This document shows, piece after piece, positions 30,895 through 41,227 of a stretch of 64,000 nt of DNA; the stretch's first letter is position 1; each line of letters begins with the position of its first letter. Below the pieces are notes generated by a model, which was given only the letters and a program-made list of their open reading frames with translations, did no database searches and had not been told where the DNA came from. This stretch comes from an uncultured Acidobacteriota bacterium (GTDB lineage: Bacteria; Actinomycetota; Acidimicrobiia; Spongiisociales; ZC4RG35), in the NCBI GenBank assembly GCA_963828465.1, contig CAWHEU010000021.1:32001-96000 (forward strand). The letters run 5' to 3'. The position numbers were made by a program, and so were the translations under genes.

Positions 30895-30988
30895 CCCTGG
30901 AGATCAGGCGACCTGGCTCGTCCCCCGTGAGGGGGCTTCACAGTTGCGGGACAGCACCGGGGTCAAACCGGCTTCGCTGTCTCCGGGG
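30895..30988 (-). ncRNA. Cobalamin riboswitch (compact AdoCbl-variant type)
   Basis: Minus-strand GAAGCCGGT-TTGAC-CCCGGTGCTGTCCCGCAACTGTGA...GAGCCAGGTCGCCTG closed by a CCxGGAGA/TCTCCAGG stem, upstream of btuFCD-cobO. Confidence 0.9.
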
Positions 30989-31003
30989 CAACCCACCATA
31001 TGA

Positions 31004-31036
31004 CAGTGGGCCCGGCCAGCATAGCCGGGCCCACTG
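31004..31036 (-). terminator. Hairpin after the htrA-like gene
   Basis: 13-bp perfect stem CAGTGGGCCCGGC/GCCGGGCCCACTG; no U tract. Confidence 0.6.
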
Positions 31037-31076
31037 GGAGGAGCCTCTGTCCCCCGTAGGGGGAATTTCTCTTCGA

Positions 31077-32306
31077 TCAGCCGAGGTCGGCTGGGCGTTC
31101 GCTCATGGTCACCGGGACCGTTACTTCGTTCCCGTCACGGACGACCACGAGATCGATGGTGTCGCCGGGCTGATGGGTCTGCACCTGAGCTGCGAGATCG
31201 CCGCCATCCTGAACCGGGGCGCCGTCGATGGAGATGACCAGGTCACCAACCTGGAGACCGGCCTCGTCGGCACCGGTGCCCGCAGTGACTTCGTCGATCA
31301 GGGCGCCGCCCTGACCCGACTCGACCACGCCGAGGGATACCCCGAGGTACGCGGTCTGGATCTCCTCACCGGCCACGAGACTCTCGGCAATGCCGTTTGC
31401 GATGTCGATCGGCACGGCGAACCCGACACCGTCGTTGGCGCCGGACAGGCTGAAGATCGAGACATTGATCCCGATCACCCGACCCTGACGGTCGACGAGC
31501 GGGCCACCGGAGTTGCCCGGGTTGATGGCGGCATCGGTCTGTAGAACTGCACGAGCGGAAGCCCCTTGCGGGATGGCCTGGTCGACAGCGGAGATGATTC
31601 CTGAGGTGACAGTGCCCTGTAGGCCCCACGGGCTGCCCACCGCGATTGCCATCTGGCCCACCTGCGGGGCGTCGTCGAGCGCCAGCTCGGCTGCGGGTAG
31701 GTCAGTCCCTTCGACCTGGATCACGGCCACATCCGCGCCAGCGGTGCCACCGAGGACGGTGCCCTCGACCTGCTCACCATCGGCGAAACGGACCGTGACG
31801 GTGTCTGCGCCCTCGACCACGTGGGCCGCAGTCAGGATCAAGCCGCTGGCGTCGTAGATGACACCGGAGCCAACGCCCTGGCCGGCCTGGATCTGGACCA
31901 CCGAGGGGAGGATGACCGCGGCGGCGTCGGCTACCGGCTCCTCGCCGGGGATCACATCAGCGGAGGCCTCTTGCTCATCGGACCCGGGCTCGGCCGTCTG
32001 GGCCGCGGGTACCTCGTCGTCGTTGTCGATCGTGGTGACCAGATAGGTCGCGGCGGATGAGCCGACTACGAGCAGCACGGCCAGAAAGGCGACTAACCAC
32101 GGAGACGTGCGGGCTGAGCCAGTCTTCGCCGGCTGGGTCGGCTCGGCGGGAGCAGGAACCTGAGCCGGCTGTGGGGTGTCAGGAATCTCTTGTGTGGACG
32201 GCGCCTCGGTGGCGACAGAGCCGTGAAGGGTGGGGTTCTCGTCGCTGACCGGGCTTTGCTCGGTTGTCGACGGGGCTGGATGCTGTGTCATGTCCTCGTT
32301 TGTCAT
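31077..32306 (-). CDS. HtrA/DegP-like membrane serine protease with PDZ domain
   Basis: One TM; TAAHVV, DVAVI, DAAINPGNSGG; C-terminal PDZ. Confidence 0.93.
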   Translation of the reverse strand: MTNEDMTQHPAPSTTEQSPVSDENPTLHGSVATEAPSTQEIPDTPQPAQVPAPAEPTQPAKTGSARTSPWLVAFLAVLLVVGSSAATYLVTTIDNDDEVPAAQTAEPGSDEQEASADVIPGEEPVADAAAVILPSVVQIQAGQGVGSGVIYDASGLILTAAHVVEGADTVTVRFADGEQVEGTVLGGTAGADVAVIQVEGTDLPAAELALDDAPQVGQMAIAVGSPWGLQGTVTSGIISAVDQAIPQGASARAVLQTDAAINPGNSGGPLVDRQGRVIGINVSIFSLSGANDGVGFAVPIDIANGIAESLVAGEEIQTAYLGVSLGVVESGQGGALIDEVTAGTGADEAGLQVGDLVISIDGAPVQDGGDLAAQVQTHQPGDTIDLVVVRDGNEVTVPVTMSERPADLG

Positions 32307-32348
32307 CGTGTTGAAAACCTCCTGGCACCGAACCTAGGACCCGGGAGA

Positions 32349-33504
32349 TCAAGCACCCGTAAATGGCGTGAAATCCGGTGGGGAACCTGTGGTATCGCCT
32401 TTCGGGATCCAGATTGTCATCGTGGTGCCCGCGCCATCGGGGCCGGTCGCCGAGACCAGGGCGCCCTCGTGACCCTGTGCGATCTGCTCCACGATGGAGA
32501 GCCCGAGGCCGATGCGCCCGCCCTCCGGCTCCTCAGGCAGCCCCGGGCCCTGGTCGGACACCGCCATCCAGGCCCATTCGTCCACGACTCCTGCCCCGAT
32601 CCTTATCCGTGATCCGGTGCCCGATACACCGATCGAATTGTCGAGGAGGTTGGTGAGGGCACGGTCGAGGGCGACAGGGACACCTTCGACCAAAGCTGGA
32701 GATACGCCGCTCTCGAGGACGATTCCCTTCTCCGCCAGGGGTTTCTCGTATTCGGAGGACTTGGCGCTCACGATCTCGGCCAGATCGAGGGCGACGGCCT
32801 GCGCCTTGCCGGTCTGAAGCCGCGGCAGTGGCGAGAAGGCCATCGATCATCTCGGACATCTTCTCCGCGTTGCGCCGGACAATCCCTCCCACCTCCTGCC
32901 AGTCGGTCACGGTCGCAGCATCGTCATCGGCCACCACTTCGACATTGGAACGAATCACGGCAAGTGGTGTCCGGAGATCGTGGCTGGTGTCGGCGAGGAA
33001 CCGCCGCTGACTGGCAAATGCTCGGTCAAGCCTCTCGAGCATCCCGTCGAAGGTGTCGGCAAGCCGGGTGATCTCGTCGTCGGGGCCTTCGAGAGCGATG
33101 CGGCGGCTCAGATCCGAGGCCTGGATCTCCCGGGCCACGTTGGTGATCTCAATCACCGGTCTGAGAACCCGGCCCGACATCACCCAGCCGACCACGATGC
33201 TCAGCAGGAACAAGGCGACAAGGGCGAGGATCGTCGCCTTGGCGACCTCGTTGAGGACGATCTCGTTGTAGACCGACTCGATCATCCGGACCTCGCGGGC
33301 GGCGAGGGAAGGGAGCACCCCGATTTGGACGCCGTCCTGGATGACGGGGCGGCCCGACCACACGTATTGGGTCATGGTCTGACCCCGCAACCAGTTCCTG
33401 AGGGCCATATAAACCAGGCCCAGCAGGGCGCCTCCCAGACCGAAGACGATGGCCGAGTACTGCACCGAGAGGCGAAAGCGGATCGAGTTCCAGGCCTGCA
33501 TCAC
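32349..33504 (-). CDS. HAMP sensor histidine kinase (frameshift near 32822)
   Basis: Two TMs, HAMP, SHDLRTPL; the HATPase boxes NLLDNS, DQGPG and GLGL are in the other frame. Confidence 0.9.
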
Positions 33505-34175
33505 TCACTCAGCCTGTAGCCGCGTCCGGGCACCGTCGAAATCAGCGGCGGGTCACCGAGCTTCTTCCGCAAGTTGCTCACCGTGACCCGGACCACGTTG
33601 GTCATCGGGTCTGCCATCTCGTCCCATACGTGCTCGAGGAGGTGCTCCTGGCTGAGCACAAGACCGGCATGGGACATGAAATAGTGGAGGAGAGAGAACT
33701 CCTTGGCAGTGAGATCGAGGGCTTCGCCACCCCTCGAAGCTTCGAAACGGGCAGGATCGAGCCGCAACGGGCCGACCTCCAGAACCGGGTCGGTGCCATC
33801 GTCTCTCCGGAGCAGTGCCCGCACCCGTGCCGACAGCTCGGCGAAGGCGAAGGGCTTGACCAGGTAGTCGTCGGCCCCTGAGTCGAGACCGGTCACCCGG
33901 TCCTCGACGCCGTCACGTGCGGTGAGCATCAGGATCCGGGGACGCTCGCCCTCGAGCGTTGGCAGCTCACCGCTAACCAACCGGCGGCAGAGAGTGATAC
34001 CCGAGCCGTCGGGCAGGCTCCAGTCCAGGCAAACGAGGTCGTACGTGGCGGTGCGAAGCTTCATATCGGCGTCGGAGGCAGTCAGGGCCGTGTCGACTGC
34101 ATGACCGTCGCGTCTGAGACCTCTGGCGATCGCATTGGCCAGGTCCGGCTCGTCTTCAACTACTAAAAGGCGCAC
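33501..34175 (-). CDS. OmpR-family response regulator
   Basis: LVVEDE, CLDWSLP, MLTARD, ADDYLVKPF, TVPGRGY. Confidence 0.94.
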   Translation of the reverse strand: MRLLVVEDEPDLANAIARGLRRDGHAVDTALTASDADMKLRTATYDLVCLDWSLPDGSGITLCRRLVSGELPTLEGERPRILMLTARDGVEDRVTGLDSGADDYLVKPFAFAELSARVRALLRRDDGTDPVLEVGPLRLDPARFEASRGGEALDLTAKEFSLLHYFMSHAGLVLSQEHLLEHVWDEMADPMTNVVRVTVSNLRKKLGDPPLISTVPGRGYRLSE

Positions 34176-34309
34176 TATTCACCAAGCTAAGGGGCCGTGG
34201 GTAACGAACTGATAAACCAAGAGTCACCCTTGCTCGATACCAGTATGGGTCCAGCGACCCAACTGATAGTGAAACCGAGTGACGATGATGAGAGTCAGAT
34301 GCTTTGCAA

Positions 34310-34486
34310 ATGGTCGTAACTTTCATAACCCAAGATCAAGACGGATTCCACACGTACACAGGCCATGTGGTCTCACGTGGGCCAGCGACCATCGTGGTGA
34401 TGCTGACCGAGCCATTCAGCATGGCAGGACGCTCGGTCCAGTTTCCCATGAAGGTCGTCGTCGAGGAGAAGGTCGTCTCAGCCTGA
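34310..34486 (+). CDS. Small hypothetical beta-rich protein (58 aa)
   Basis: GC-rich third codon positions; fills an otherwise empty intergenic gap. Confidence 0.5.
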   Translation: MVVTFITQDQDGFHTYTGHVVSRGPATIVVMLTEPFSMAGRSVQFPMKVVVEEKVVSA

Positions 34487-34532
34487 GACACTCCATGGCT
34501 TCATCGGCTCCTCGAAAAGTAGGTGAGTCGCC

Positions 34533-34796
34533 GTGTTCCTAGACGCATCCACCTGGCAGGCGCTCGCCATTTGCGGCGCCGTAGGCGGCGTGGCTGGGCT
34601 CCTTGCCGGGTTCGTCGCCAACGCCACCAGTCTCATCGGTGCAATCCTCATCGGGATCATCGGTGGCATCGTTGCGTCGGCCATCATGAGGATCGCCGGT
34701 GCCCCGGCTATAGCCTCGGTCGGAGACGGGTTCTCCCTTGTTTGGGCTGCAGTCGGCGGTCTGCTCCTCGGCTACGTCGTCGGCCGCTCCAGCTAG
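34533..34796 (+). CDS. Small Gly-rich membrane protein (GlsB/YeaQ-like)
   Basis: Three hydrophobic Gly-rich helices; AGGTGA RBS. Confidence 0.7.
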   Translation: MFLDASTWQALAICGAVGGVAGLLAGFVANATSLIGAILIGIIGGIVASAIMRIAGAPAIASVGDGFSLVWAAVGGLLLGYVVGRSS

Positions 34797-36094
34797 CCAC
34801 TCCCCCGGTCGGGCTCTTCGTCGTCCGTTGCGGTTATCTCGACCTCCCCGACCCGCCGCCCCTCGGTGCTGCGGACACGCAATCTCCAGCCCTGGTCCTC
34901 GATCACGTCGCCACGGCGCGGCAGGCGCCCGAGACGTTCCATGACGAGTCCACCGATCGTCTCGTAGTCACCTGACGGCAGCTTCACACCGAACTTGACC
35001 AACTCATCGGGCCTCATAGTGCCTGCGGCGACGATCCGACCGTTCGGCTCCACCGATACCAGTTTCTGCCGGGGATCGTGCTCATCCGCGATCTCGCCGA
35101 CCAGTTCCTCGGCGATGTCCTCCATCGTGATGATGCCTGCCGTGCTGCCGTGCTCGTCGACCACGACGGCGAGATGGGACCGGGCATGTCGCATCTCGTC
35201 GAGAACGGATCGAAGGGGGGCAGTTTCCGGGACTACCAGGGGCTCCCTCAGGCGCTCGGGGGGCAGGGGCGCATCCCGCTCGACCTCATCCGTCATCAGG
35301 TCCTTCACATGGATCAACCCCGCGATGTTGTCGAGATCACCCTGGTAGATCGGGATGCGGGAATGACCGGTGACCCTCATCAACTCCTGGATCCCGGACA
35401 CGAGCGTCTCGGAGGGTGCAGCCACGATGTCAGGTCTGGGAACCATGACCTCGGAGGCATCGAGATCCCCAAAGATGATGGCGCCGGTGAGCAGTCGGTG
35501 GGCAAAGTCCTCGATGACCCCTTCCCTCCTGCCGGTGCCGATTATCACGGAGAGGTCTTCCGCCGAATGACCGACGTCGAGGGCGTCCGTCGGCCGCACC
35601 CCGAAGAGACGGAGCACTCCGTTGGCACTGGCATTGAGGAGGGCGATAAGGGGCCGGAAGAGGAGGATGAACCCACGAAACGGCATAGCGAGAAGCACCG
35701 CTGTTCGCTCTGGCGCGGAGATGGTGATGTTCTTCGGCGCCATCTCGCCCACGACCATGTGGAGGAACACCACGATGAGAAGGGCAATGACCAGCGAGAT
35801 GCCGTGAATCACGTTCTCCGAGAGCGGGAGGAACCCGAGCCCGAATTCGAAGATCGAGGCCACCGCCGGTTCGGCCACGGCGCCGAGCAACAGTGAGGCC
35901 ATCGTGATGCCGAGCTGCGCCGCGGCCAGACTGAGTGTGAGGTTCCTGTTCAGGCCGACGGCGATCTGGGCCGACCTTCGCGGTATCTGCTCCAGCACAT
36001 TGCGCCGAGCCGTGATGTAGGCGAACTCTGCGGCGACGAAGAACCCGTTGGCGAGGAGGAGCAGGACCAGCCAGAGAAGAGCCGGCCAGTTCAC
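34793..36094 (-). CDS. CNNM/DUF21-CBS-CorC (hemolysin-like) protein
   Basis: NGFFVAAEFA, QLGIT, GEMAPKN, HSRIP, VVDEHG, EDIAEELVGEIADEHD. Confidence 0.92.
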   Translation of the reverse strand: MNWPALLWLVLLLLANGFFVAAEFAYITARRNVLEQIPRRSAQIAVGLNRNLTLSLAAAQLGITMASLLLGAVAEPAVASIFEFGLGFLPLSENVIHGISLVIALLIVVFLHMVVGEMAPKNITISAPERTAVLLAMPFRGFILLFRPLIALLNASANGVLRLFGVRPTDALDVGHSAEDLSVIIGTGRREGVIEDFAHRLLTGAIIFGDLDASEVMVPRPDIVAAPSETLVSGIQELMRVTGHSRIPIYQGDLDNIAGLIHVKDLMTDEVERDAPLPPERLREPLVVPETAPLRSVLDEMRHARSHLAVVVDEHGSTAGIITMEDIAEELVGEIADEHDPRQKLVSVEPNGRIVAAGTMRPDELVKFGVKLPSGDYETIGGLVMERLGRLPRRGDVIEDQGWRLRVRSTEGRRVGEVEITATDDEEPDRGSG

Positions 36095-37386
36095 CTGTCG
36101 TCCCCTTCGCGTTCGCTGTACCGGGTGACACGCACCTGGTCGACACGGTGCCCGTCCATCGACAGAACCTCGAAGGACGTGTCCCTGACCCGTATCACCT
36201 CGCCGACATGCGGGAAACGCCCCAGCTCGGCGACCAGGAAACCCCCCAGGGTCTCGTAGCGTCCATCGGGCCACTCGAACTCGATCAACTCCTCGACCTC
36301 ATGACGATGCAGGAGCCCGGATAGGACCTCGACCTCTCCCTTCTCTGAATCCGAGACCGGCTCGGCGTCGTATTCGTCTTCGATCTCCCCGAATATCTCT
36401 TCGAGGAGGTCTTCGATGGTGACAATGCCGGCGGTGCCCCCGTACTCGTCGACGACGACCGCCATGCCCCGCCCTGCTGATTGGAGTTGGGTGAGCAGGT
36501 ATTCGAGAGTGCTCGTCTCGGGGACCTGGAGCGCAGTATTGGTCAGCTCCCCGACCGGGGTGAGCGGAATCCGCGATTCGGGGACGTTGAAGCTGTCCTT
36601 GACGTGAACGACGCCGACGATGTCGTCGAGGTCCTCATCGAATACCGGGAAACGCGAGTGACCGGTCGCAGCAGAGGTCCTGCGTAGCTCGGCGACCGAG
36701 TCGTGACGGCTGAGGCCCACGACCGAGACCCTGGGCACCATTGCGTCCGCCGCGACCTTCTCGGTGAAGGTGATGGCCCGGGTCAACAATTCCATCTCGT
36801 CGTCGTCGAGGCGGCCTTCCTCACCCGATGATCGGATCATCAGCTCGAGCTCCTCCATCGAGCGAACTCCCGCCAGTTCCTCTCTCGGCTCGATGCCCAG
36901 CTTTCGGACCGTCCAGTTCGCCGACTCGTTGAGGAAGAGGATCAGCTGACGGAGCACCCTGTTGACCACCTGCAGCGGTATGGCAAACCAAACCCCGGTG
37001 AAGTAGGGCCTGGCGATGGCCAGATTCTTGGGGACCAGCTCACCGAACACCATGGCGGCCCCTGTGGCGAGGATGAAGGCGATCACAATCGACACGGCAG
37101 GAGCGGATGTCTCGGTGACGAACGGGAGCGACGAGATCGCGGGCCGGATCAACGTCGCCACCGTCGGCTCGGCGATAGCGCCGAGGATCAGCGATGTGAC
37201 CGTTATCCCGAGTTGCGCCCCGGACAGCTCGAAGGAGAGGTTTCGCAGGGAGGCGAGGATGCGCCTCGCCGACCGGTCACCATCCTCCGCCCTTCGCTCC
37301 ACATTGCTGCGGTCCACGGCGACGAGGGCGAACTCCGCAGCCACGAAGAACCCGGTGAGCAGGATGAGCAGGACGACCGCGCCCAA
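36091..37386 (-). CDS. CNNM/DUF21-CBS-CorC (hemolysin-like) protein, paralogue
   Basis: FFVAAEFAL, QLGITV, GELVPKN, HSRFPV, VVDEYGG. The true start may be GTG near 37423 across an indel. Confidence 0.92.
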   Translation of the reverse strand: MGAVVLLILLTGFFVAAEFALVAVDRSNVERRAEDGDRSARRILASLRNLSFELSGAQLGITVTSLILGAIAEPTVATLIRPAISSLPFVTETSAPAVSIVIAFILATGAAMVFGELVPKNLAIARPYFTGVWFAIPLQVVNRVLRQLILFLNESANWTVRKLGIEPREELAGVRSMEELELMIRSSGEEGRLDDDEMELLTRAITFTEKVAADAMVPRVSVVGLSRHDSVAELRRTSAATGHSRFPVFDEDLDDIVGVVHVKDSFNVPESRIPLTPVGELTNTALQVPETSTLEYLLTQLQSAGRGMAVVVDEYGGTAGIVTIEDLLEEIFGEIEDEYDAEPVSDSEKGEVEVLSGLLHRHEVEELIEFEWPDGRYETLGGFLVAELGRFPHVGEVIRVRDTSFEVLSMDGHRVDQVRVTRYSEREGDDR

Positions 37387-37501
37387 CCCGAGGTAGGTAC
37401 TAATGGATTGGCTCCGGGCTCACGGTTCGCACAAGGATAAGTCTGACGGGGTGCCGCGTGGTTTGTGCCCGTGATGGCGGTGGTAGGTGCTGGCGGAAGC
37501 C

Positions 37502-37858
37502 ATGCCCAAGTACCTGGTCAACGAGGCCGCTGTGGCCAAGGCCGAAGAGCTGATCGAGGCGCGTCGATACGTGGTTCGCAGCGAATGGTCGGAGGTCCAG
37601 CCGAGTGCTGCGTCGGAGAACGACTTCCTCGATCGCAACGACTGGGAGGCCTACTCCCTGTGGCACCTCGGGTTGACGGACGGTGCTCAGGACGAGACCA
37701 AGGCCCGCTATGCCTTCGTGTTCGGTGACCTGCACCGTCTCCATCGCAGCGGGCTGATGGCATGCCGCTTCCGGGCAACGCAGTGGGATCACAAGGAAAT
37801 CGAGCTGGCATCCCACGAGTTGATCCAGAAAATGGATGCACGACGCGGCAAGACCTAG
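37502..37858 (+). CDS. Conserved hypothetical protein
   Basis: Normal codon bias; WHLG...ETKARYAFVFGD...HRSGL. Confidence 0.75.
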   Translation: MPKYLVNEAAVAKAEELIEARRYVVRSEWSEVQPSAASENDFLDRNDWEAYSLWHLGLTDGAQDETKARYAFVFGDLHRLHRSGLMACRFRATQWDHKEIELASHELIQKMDARRGKT

Positions 37859-37868
37859 AACCTACGAC

Positions 37869-39320
37869 TTACGACCTAGAACGCTGACACGACTTCGTCG
37901 TGTCAGCCTTTATGGCCCCCGCCTCCGCCATGTTGAGCTCGATGAGCCGGTTCATCTCTACCGCGTACTCCATCGGTAGCTCCTTCACGATGGGCTCGAT
38001 GAACCCGGCCACGATCATCGAAGTCGCCTGATCCTCGGTCAGCCCACGTGACATCAGGTAGAAGAGCTGCTCTTCACCGACCTTGGACACCGTGGCCTCA
38101 TGGCCGATCTCGGCGTCGTTCTCCTCGATCTCCATGTACGGGTAGGTGTCGGAACGACTGTGCTCGTCGAGGATGAGTGCGTCACAGCGCACGAATGACT
38201 TGGCGTTCTCGGCGCCCGGCTCGACCCGCACCAGGCCCCGGTAGCCGGCCCGCCCGCCGCCCTTCGAGATCGACTTGGAGACGATCGTGGAGGTGGTGTC
38301 GGGGGCAACGTGGATGATCTTGGCCCCCGCGTCCTGGTGCTGTCCCTCGCCGGCGAAGGCGATGGAGAGGACCTCGCCATGGGCGCCAGGCTCCATCAGC
38401 CACACTGCCGGATACTTCATCGTGAGACGGGACCCCAGGTTGCCGTCAACCCATTCCATGGTGGCGTTTCGGTAGGCAGCGGCACGCTTGGTCACCAGGT
38501 TGAACACGTTGTTGGACCAGTTCTGGATCGTGGTATAGCGACAGCGAGCACCCTCCTTGACGACGATCTCGACCACGGCCGAATGAAGCGAGTCAGTGGT
38601 GTAGACCGGCGCGGAACAACCCTCGACGTAGTGAACGTAGGCGCCTTCGTCGACGATGATCAGGGTCCGCTCGAACTGGCCCATGTTCTCGGAGTTGATC
38701 CGGAAGTAGGCCTGGAGCGGCTGATCGACGTGGACCCCTGGCGGCACGTAGATGAACGAGCCACCGGACCAGACCGCCGAATTCAGCGCGGCGAACTTGT
38801 TGTCGTTGGGTGGAATGATCGTCCCGAAGTACTCCTTCACGATCTCGGGGTAATCGCGGAGAGCGGTGTCCATGTCGGTGAAAAGGACGCCGAGCTTCTC
38901 CAGGTCTTCCCGATTTCGGTGGTAGACGACCTCGGACTCATATTGCGCGGTGACTCCGGCCAGGTACTTCCGCTCGGCTGCGGGGATGCCCAGCTTCTCG
39001 TAGGTGGCCTTGATCGACTCGGGGACCATGTCCCAATCTTTCTGCTGCTCACCCGCCGGCTTCACGTAGTAGTAGATGTCGTCGAAGTCGATCGTGTTCA
39101 GGGCACCGCCGCCACCCCATTGGGGCATCGGCTTGCGCAGGAACCTCTTATAGGCCTTGAGACGGAAGTCGAGCATCCACTCGGGCTCCTTCTTCATGGC
39201 CGACATATCGCGGATCACGTCTTCGTCGAGACCCTTCCGCGGTGTGAAGGCGTACTCGATGTCGTCCCGCCAGCCGAGCTGGTAGGCGCCGAGATCCAGT
39301 TCAACGGTGGCCACAGGCAA
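37869..39320 (-). CDS. sufB: Fe-S cluster assembly protein SufB
   Basis: [60 protein letters not shown]. Confidence 0.96.
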   Translation of the reverse strand: MPVATVELDLGAYQLGWRDDIEYAFTPRKGLDEDVIRDMSAMKKEPEWMLDFRLKAYKRFLRKPMPQWGGGGALNTIDFDDIYYYVKPAGEQQKDWDMVPESIKATYEKLGIPAAERKYLAGVTAQYESEVVYHRNREDLEKLGVLFTDMDTALRDYPEIVKEYFGTIIPPNDNKFAALNSAVWSGGSFIYVPPGVHVDQPLQAYFRINSENMGQFERTLIIVDEGAYVHYVEGCSAPVYTTDSLHSAVVEIVVKEGARCRYTTIQNWSNNVFNLVTKRAAAYRNATMEWVDGNLGSRLTMKYPAVWLMEPGAHGEVLSIAFAGEGQHQDAGAKIIHVAPDTTSTIVSKSISKGGGRAGYRGLVRVEPGAENAKSFVRCDALILDEHSRSDTYPYMEIEENDAEIGHEATVSKVGEEQLFYLMSRGLTEDQATSMIVAGFIEPIVKELPMEYAVEMNRLIELNMAEAGAIKADTTKSCQRSRS

Positions 39321-39465
39321 TCACCTCGATAATTCGCTTCTACAGGCCTCTTATGTAAACGGGAGTATGGGGTCTCGAATTTCCACTATCCCGGTAGTGC
39401 GATTGTACCGGATGGGTACTAATGACGAAACCAGGTCAGCTGCCACCAAACGTTAGGTTCGGGGC

Positions 39466-39909
39466 ATGCCGGTGATTGTGGTCGGCGCCGACACGCCGCA
39501 AGGTCGGGCGGTTGCAGAAGGATTGGCGGAGCCGGGGCGGGAGGTCCGCGCCTTCGTCACGGACCCGATTGTCGGTGCCGAGTTGAGACACATGGGTGTC
39601 AAGGTCGCGCTGGGGGATGTGTCCGACGACAGCCATATCCAGGGCGCATGCACAAATTGCTTCACGGCCGTCTTGGTCACTGAGGCGGCGCGCGATCGGC
39701 GAGAGCGTTCCTTCGCGGCGAACGAACATCAGGTCCTGGAGGGATGGGCTGCGGCGGCAGCCGCATCAGGTGTCACCCGTGTGATCTGGGTCCACGACGG
39801 CGAGCTACCGCCCGTGCGGGTGAGGGAGGTGCGAACGGTTTCCCCCGATCACCCCGACCTCGTCGGCGAGGTAGCGGCCCTGGACGACGCGCGCTTCCTC
39901 CCCTCATAG
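39466..39909 (+). CDS. Short NAD(P)-binding Rossmann-like (NmrA-like) protein
   Basis: VIVVGADTPQG, EVRAFV, VALGDVSD. Confidence 0.7.
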   Translation: MPVIVVGADTPQGRAVAEGLAEPGREVRAFVTDPIVGAELRHMGVKVALGDVSDDSHIQGACTNCFTAVLVTEAARDRRERSFAANEHQVLEGWAAAAAASGVTRVIWVHDGELPPVRVREVRTVSPDHPDLVGEVAALDDARFLPS

Positions 39910-39914
39910 AGAGA

Positions 39915-40542
39915 TCAGGACAGCTTGGCGTCTCCGTAACGCATCCCCCAATGAGCCATGGCTGCACGCAACTCCATGGCCCGCTCGTAGGCGTCCTTGA
40001 GGACGGGATAGGGATCGACTTCCCCTCCATCGTGGGCGAGCTCGAAATGGGTATGGGGCCCTGTCCACTCTGCGTTCCCGGAGTCACCGACGTAACCGAT
40101 GTGCTGGCCCGCCTCGACATGACTTCCCACGTCCAGGCCCGGGACCAGCGTCATCGACCAGTCGGCCTGCCCATTGTCCGTGCCGGGGTCATCGTTGTTG
40201 AGATGCAGGTAGCGGGTCGACCATCCCGCCTGGTGCTGGATTTCGATGTACCTGCCGGCGCTGCCGTGGGTGTCGATCACGCGTGACGATCCCTGCCGCC
40301 GCCGCGTAGACGTGTGTCAGCTTGGGGGCCATCAGATCGTTGCCCTGATGACGGCGACCGCCTGACCTGGCGGCACCGAATGTCGACGAGAAGACTGTCG
40401 ATGGGGCGTCCTGAGGAAAGTCGACGGCAAAGGGAGGGTTACTCGCGGCCTGGGCCGGGGTAGCTGGGACCATCGCGCCGGCGACGAACAGTGCCGACAG
40501 CGTCAGGGTCAGAAATGGCGTGACCTTTCCTCGGAACGTCAT
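39915..40542 (-). CDS. Secreted M23 peptidase (frameshift near 40281)
   Basis: Signal peptide ending AQA; HQGNDL; second frame [21 protein letters not shown]; AGGAG RBS. Confidence 0.88.
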
Positions 40543-40564
40543 TGAATCTCCTAGCAAATTGGGG

Positions 40565-40597
40565 AAAACAAAACGAGGGACTTTCCTGGGTCCCTCG
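40565..40597 (-). terminator. Intrinsic terminator just upstream of the M23 gene RBS
   Basis: CGAGGGAC-N8-GTCCCTCG followed by TTTTGTTTT on the minus strand. Confidence 0.75.
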
Positions 40598-40700
40598 CAG
40601 CCGTGGAACCCTATGAGGGCCCCGATTGCTACGCCAACTCCGCGCGGAGAGTGACGAGTGCGCGCGCAGCGCGCACAACGGTGAGACAACCCTTACAGGA

Positions 40701-41156
40701 TCAACTGGAGCCTTGCTCGGTGGGTCTGGCCCGGACGCTGAATCGGAGACGTGACAACGGGTCCCCGTCGACGGATATCACGAACGAGTAGGACCCCTCG
40801 CGAGCGAAGAGCAAGTTGTTGAAGGTGAACGAACGGACGACGCCGAAGTCGGTTGGAGACGGCAACTGACGCTGCACTGGCAGTTTGACCTGATGAGCGA
40901 GCGGCTTGGAGAGCAACGGCGCTCCGTCGGCATCCTGCAACTCGACCGACAGGTCGAGCGTGTCCTCTCTCCATGACGTCGGGACCCGGAGTCGCAGACC
41001 GATAGCCATGCTCGGATGGCGGGCCGGGAACGACCTGACCCACAGCGTGTCCCAGCCCCCACCGAGCACGAAGAGCTTCCCTCGCACCGCCTGCACCGCG
41101 TCGGCCAGCAGCGCCACGTCGATGGTCGGGCCGATCGAGTCGGGGGCACGATCCAT
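40701..41156 (-). CDS. DUF6941-like hypothetical protein
   Basis: LLADAVQAVRGKLFVLGGGWD...F..EG.Y.F.I..DG. Confidence 0.75.
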   Translation of the reverse strand: MDRAPDSIGPTIDVALLADAVQAVRGKLFVLGGGWDTLWVRSFPARHPSMAIGLRLRVPTSWREDTLDLSVELQDADGAPLLSKPLAHQVKLPVQRQLPSPTDFGVVRSFTFNNLLFAREGSYSFVISVDGDPLSRLRFSVRARPTEQGSS

Positions 41157-41227
41157 GCGGGAACCTTATTGCAGCCGGGGTTCGGTTCCGACACCCCTCT
41201 CCCCTATCGTTTCGGGCAGGAGGTTTC

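Noticed and set aside
37869-37912. Unusual C-terminal tail on SufB ([13 protein letters not shown])
   Set aside because: Removing two A bases gives the ordinary ending AIG-stop; likely an indel error.
40543-40690. ydaO/c-di-AMP riboswitch upstream of the M23 gene (also checked at 19653-19738)
   Set aside because: The conserved GCCGAATC...GGGGAACC...CCCGTCAGCTAACC elements are not found.
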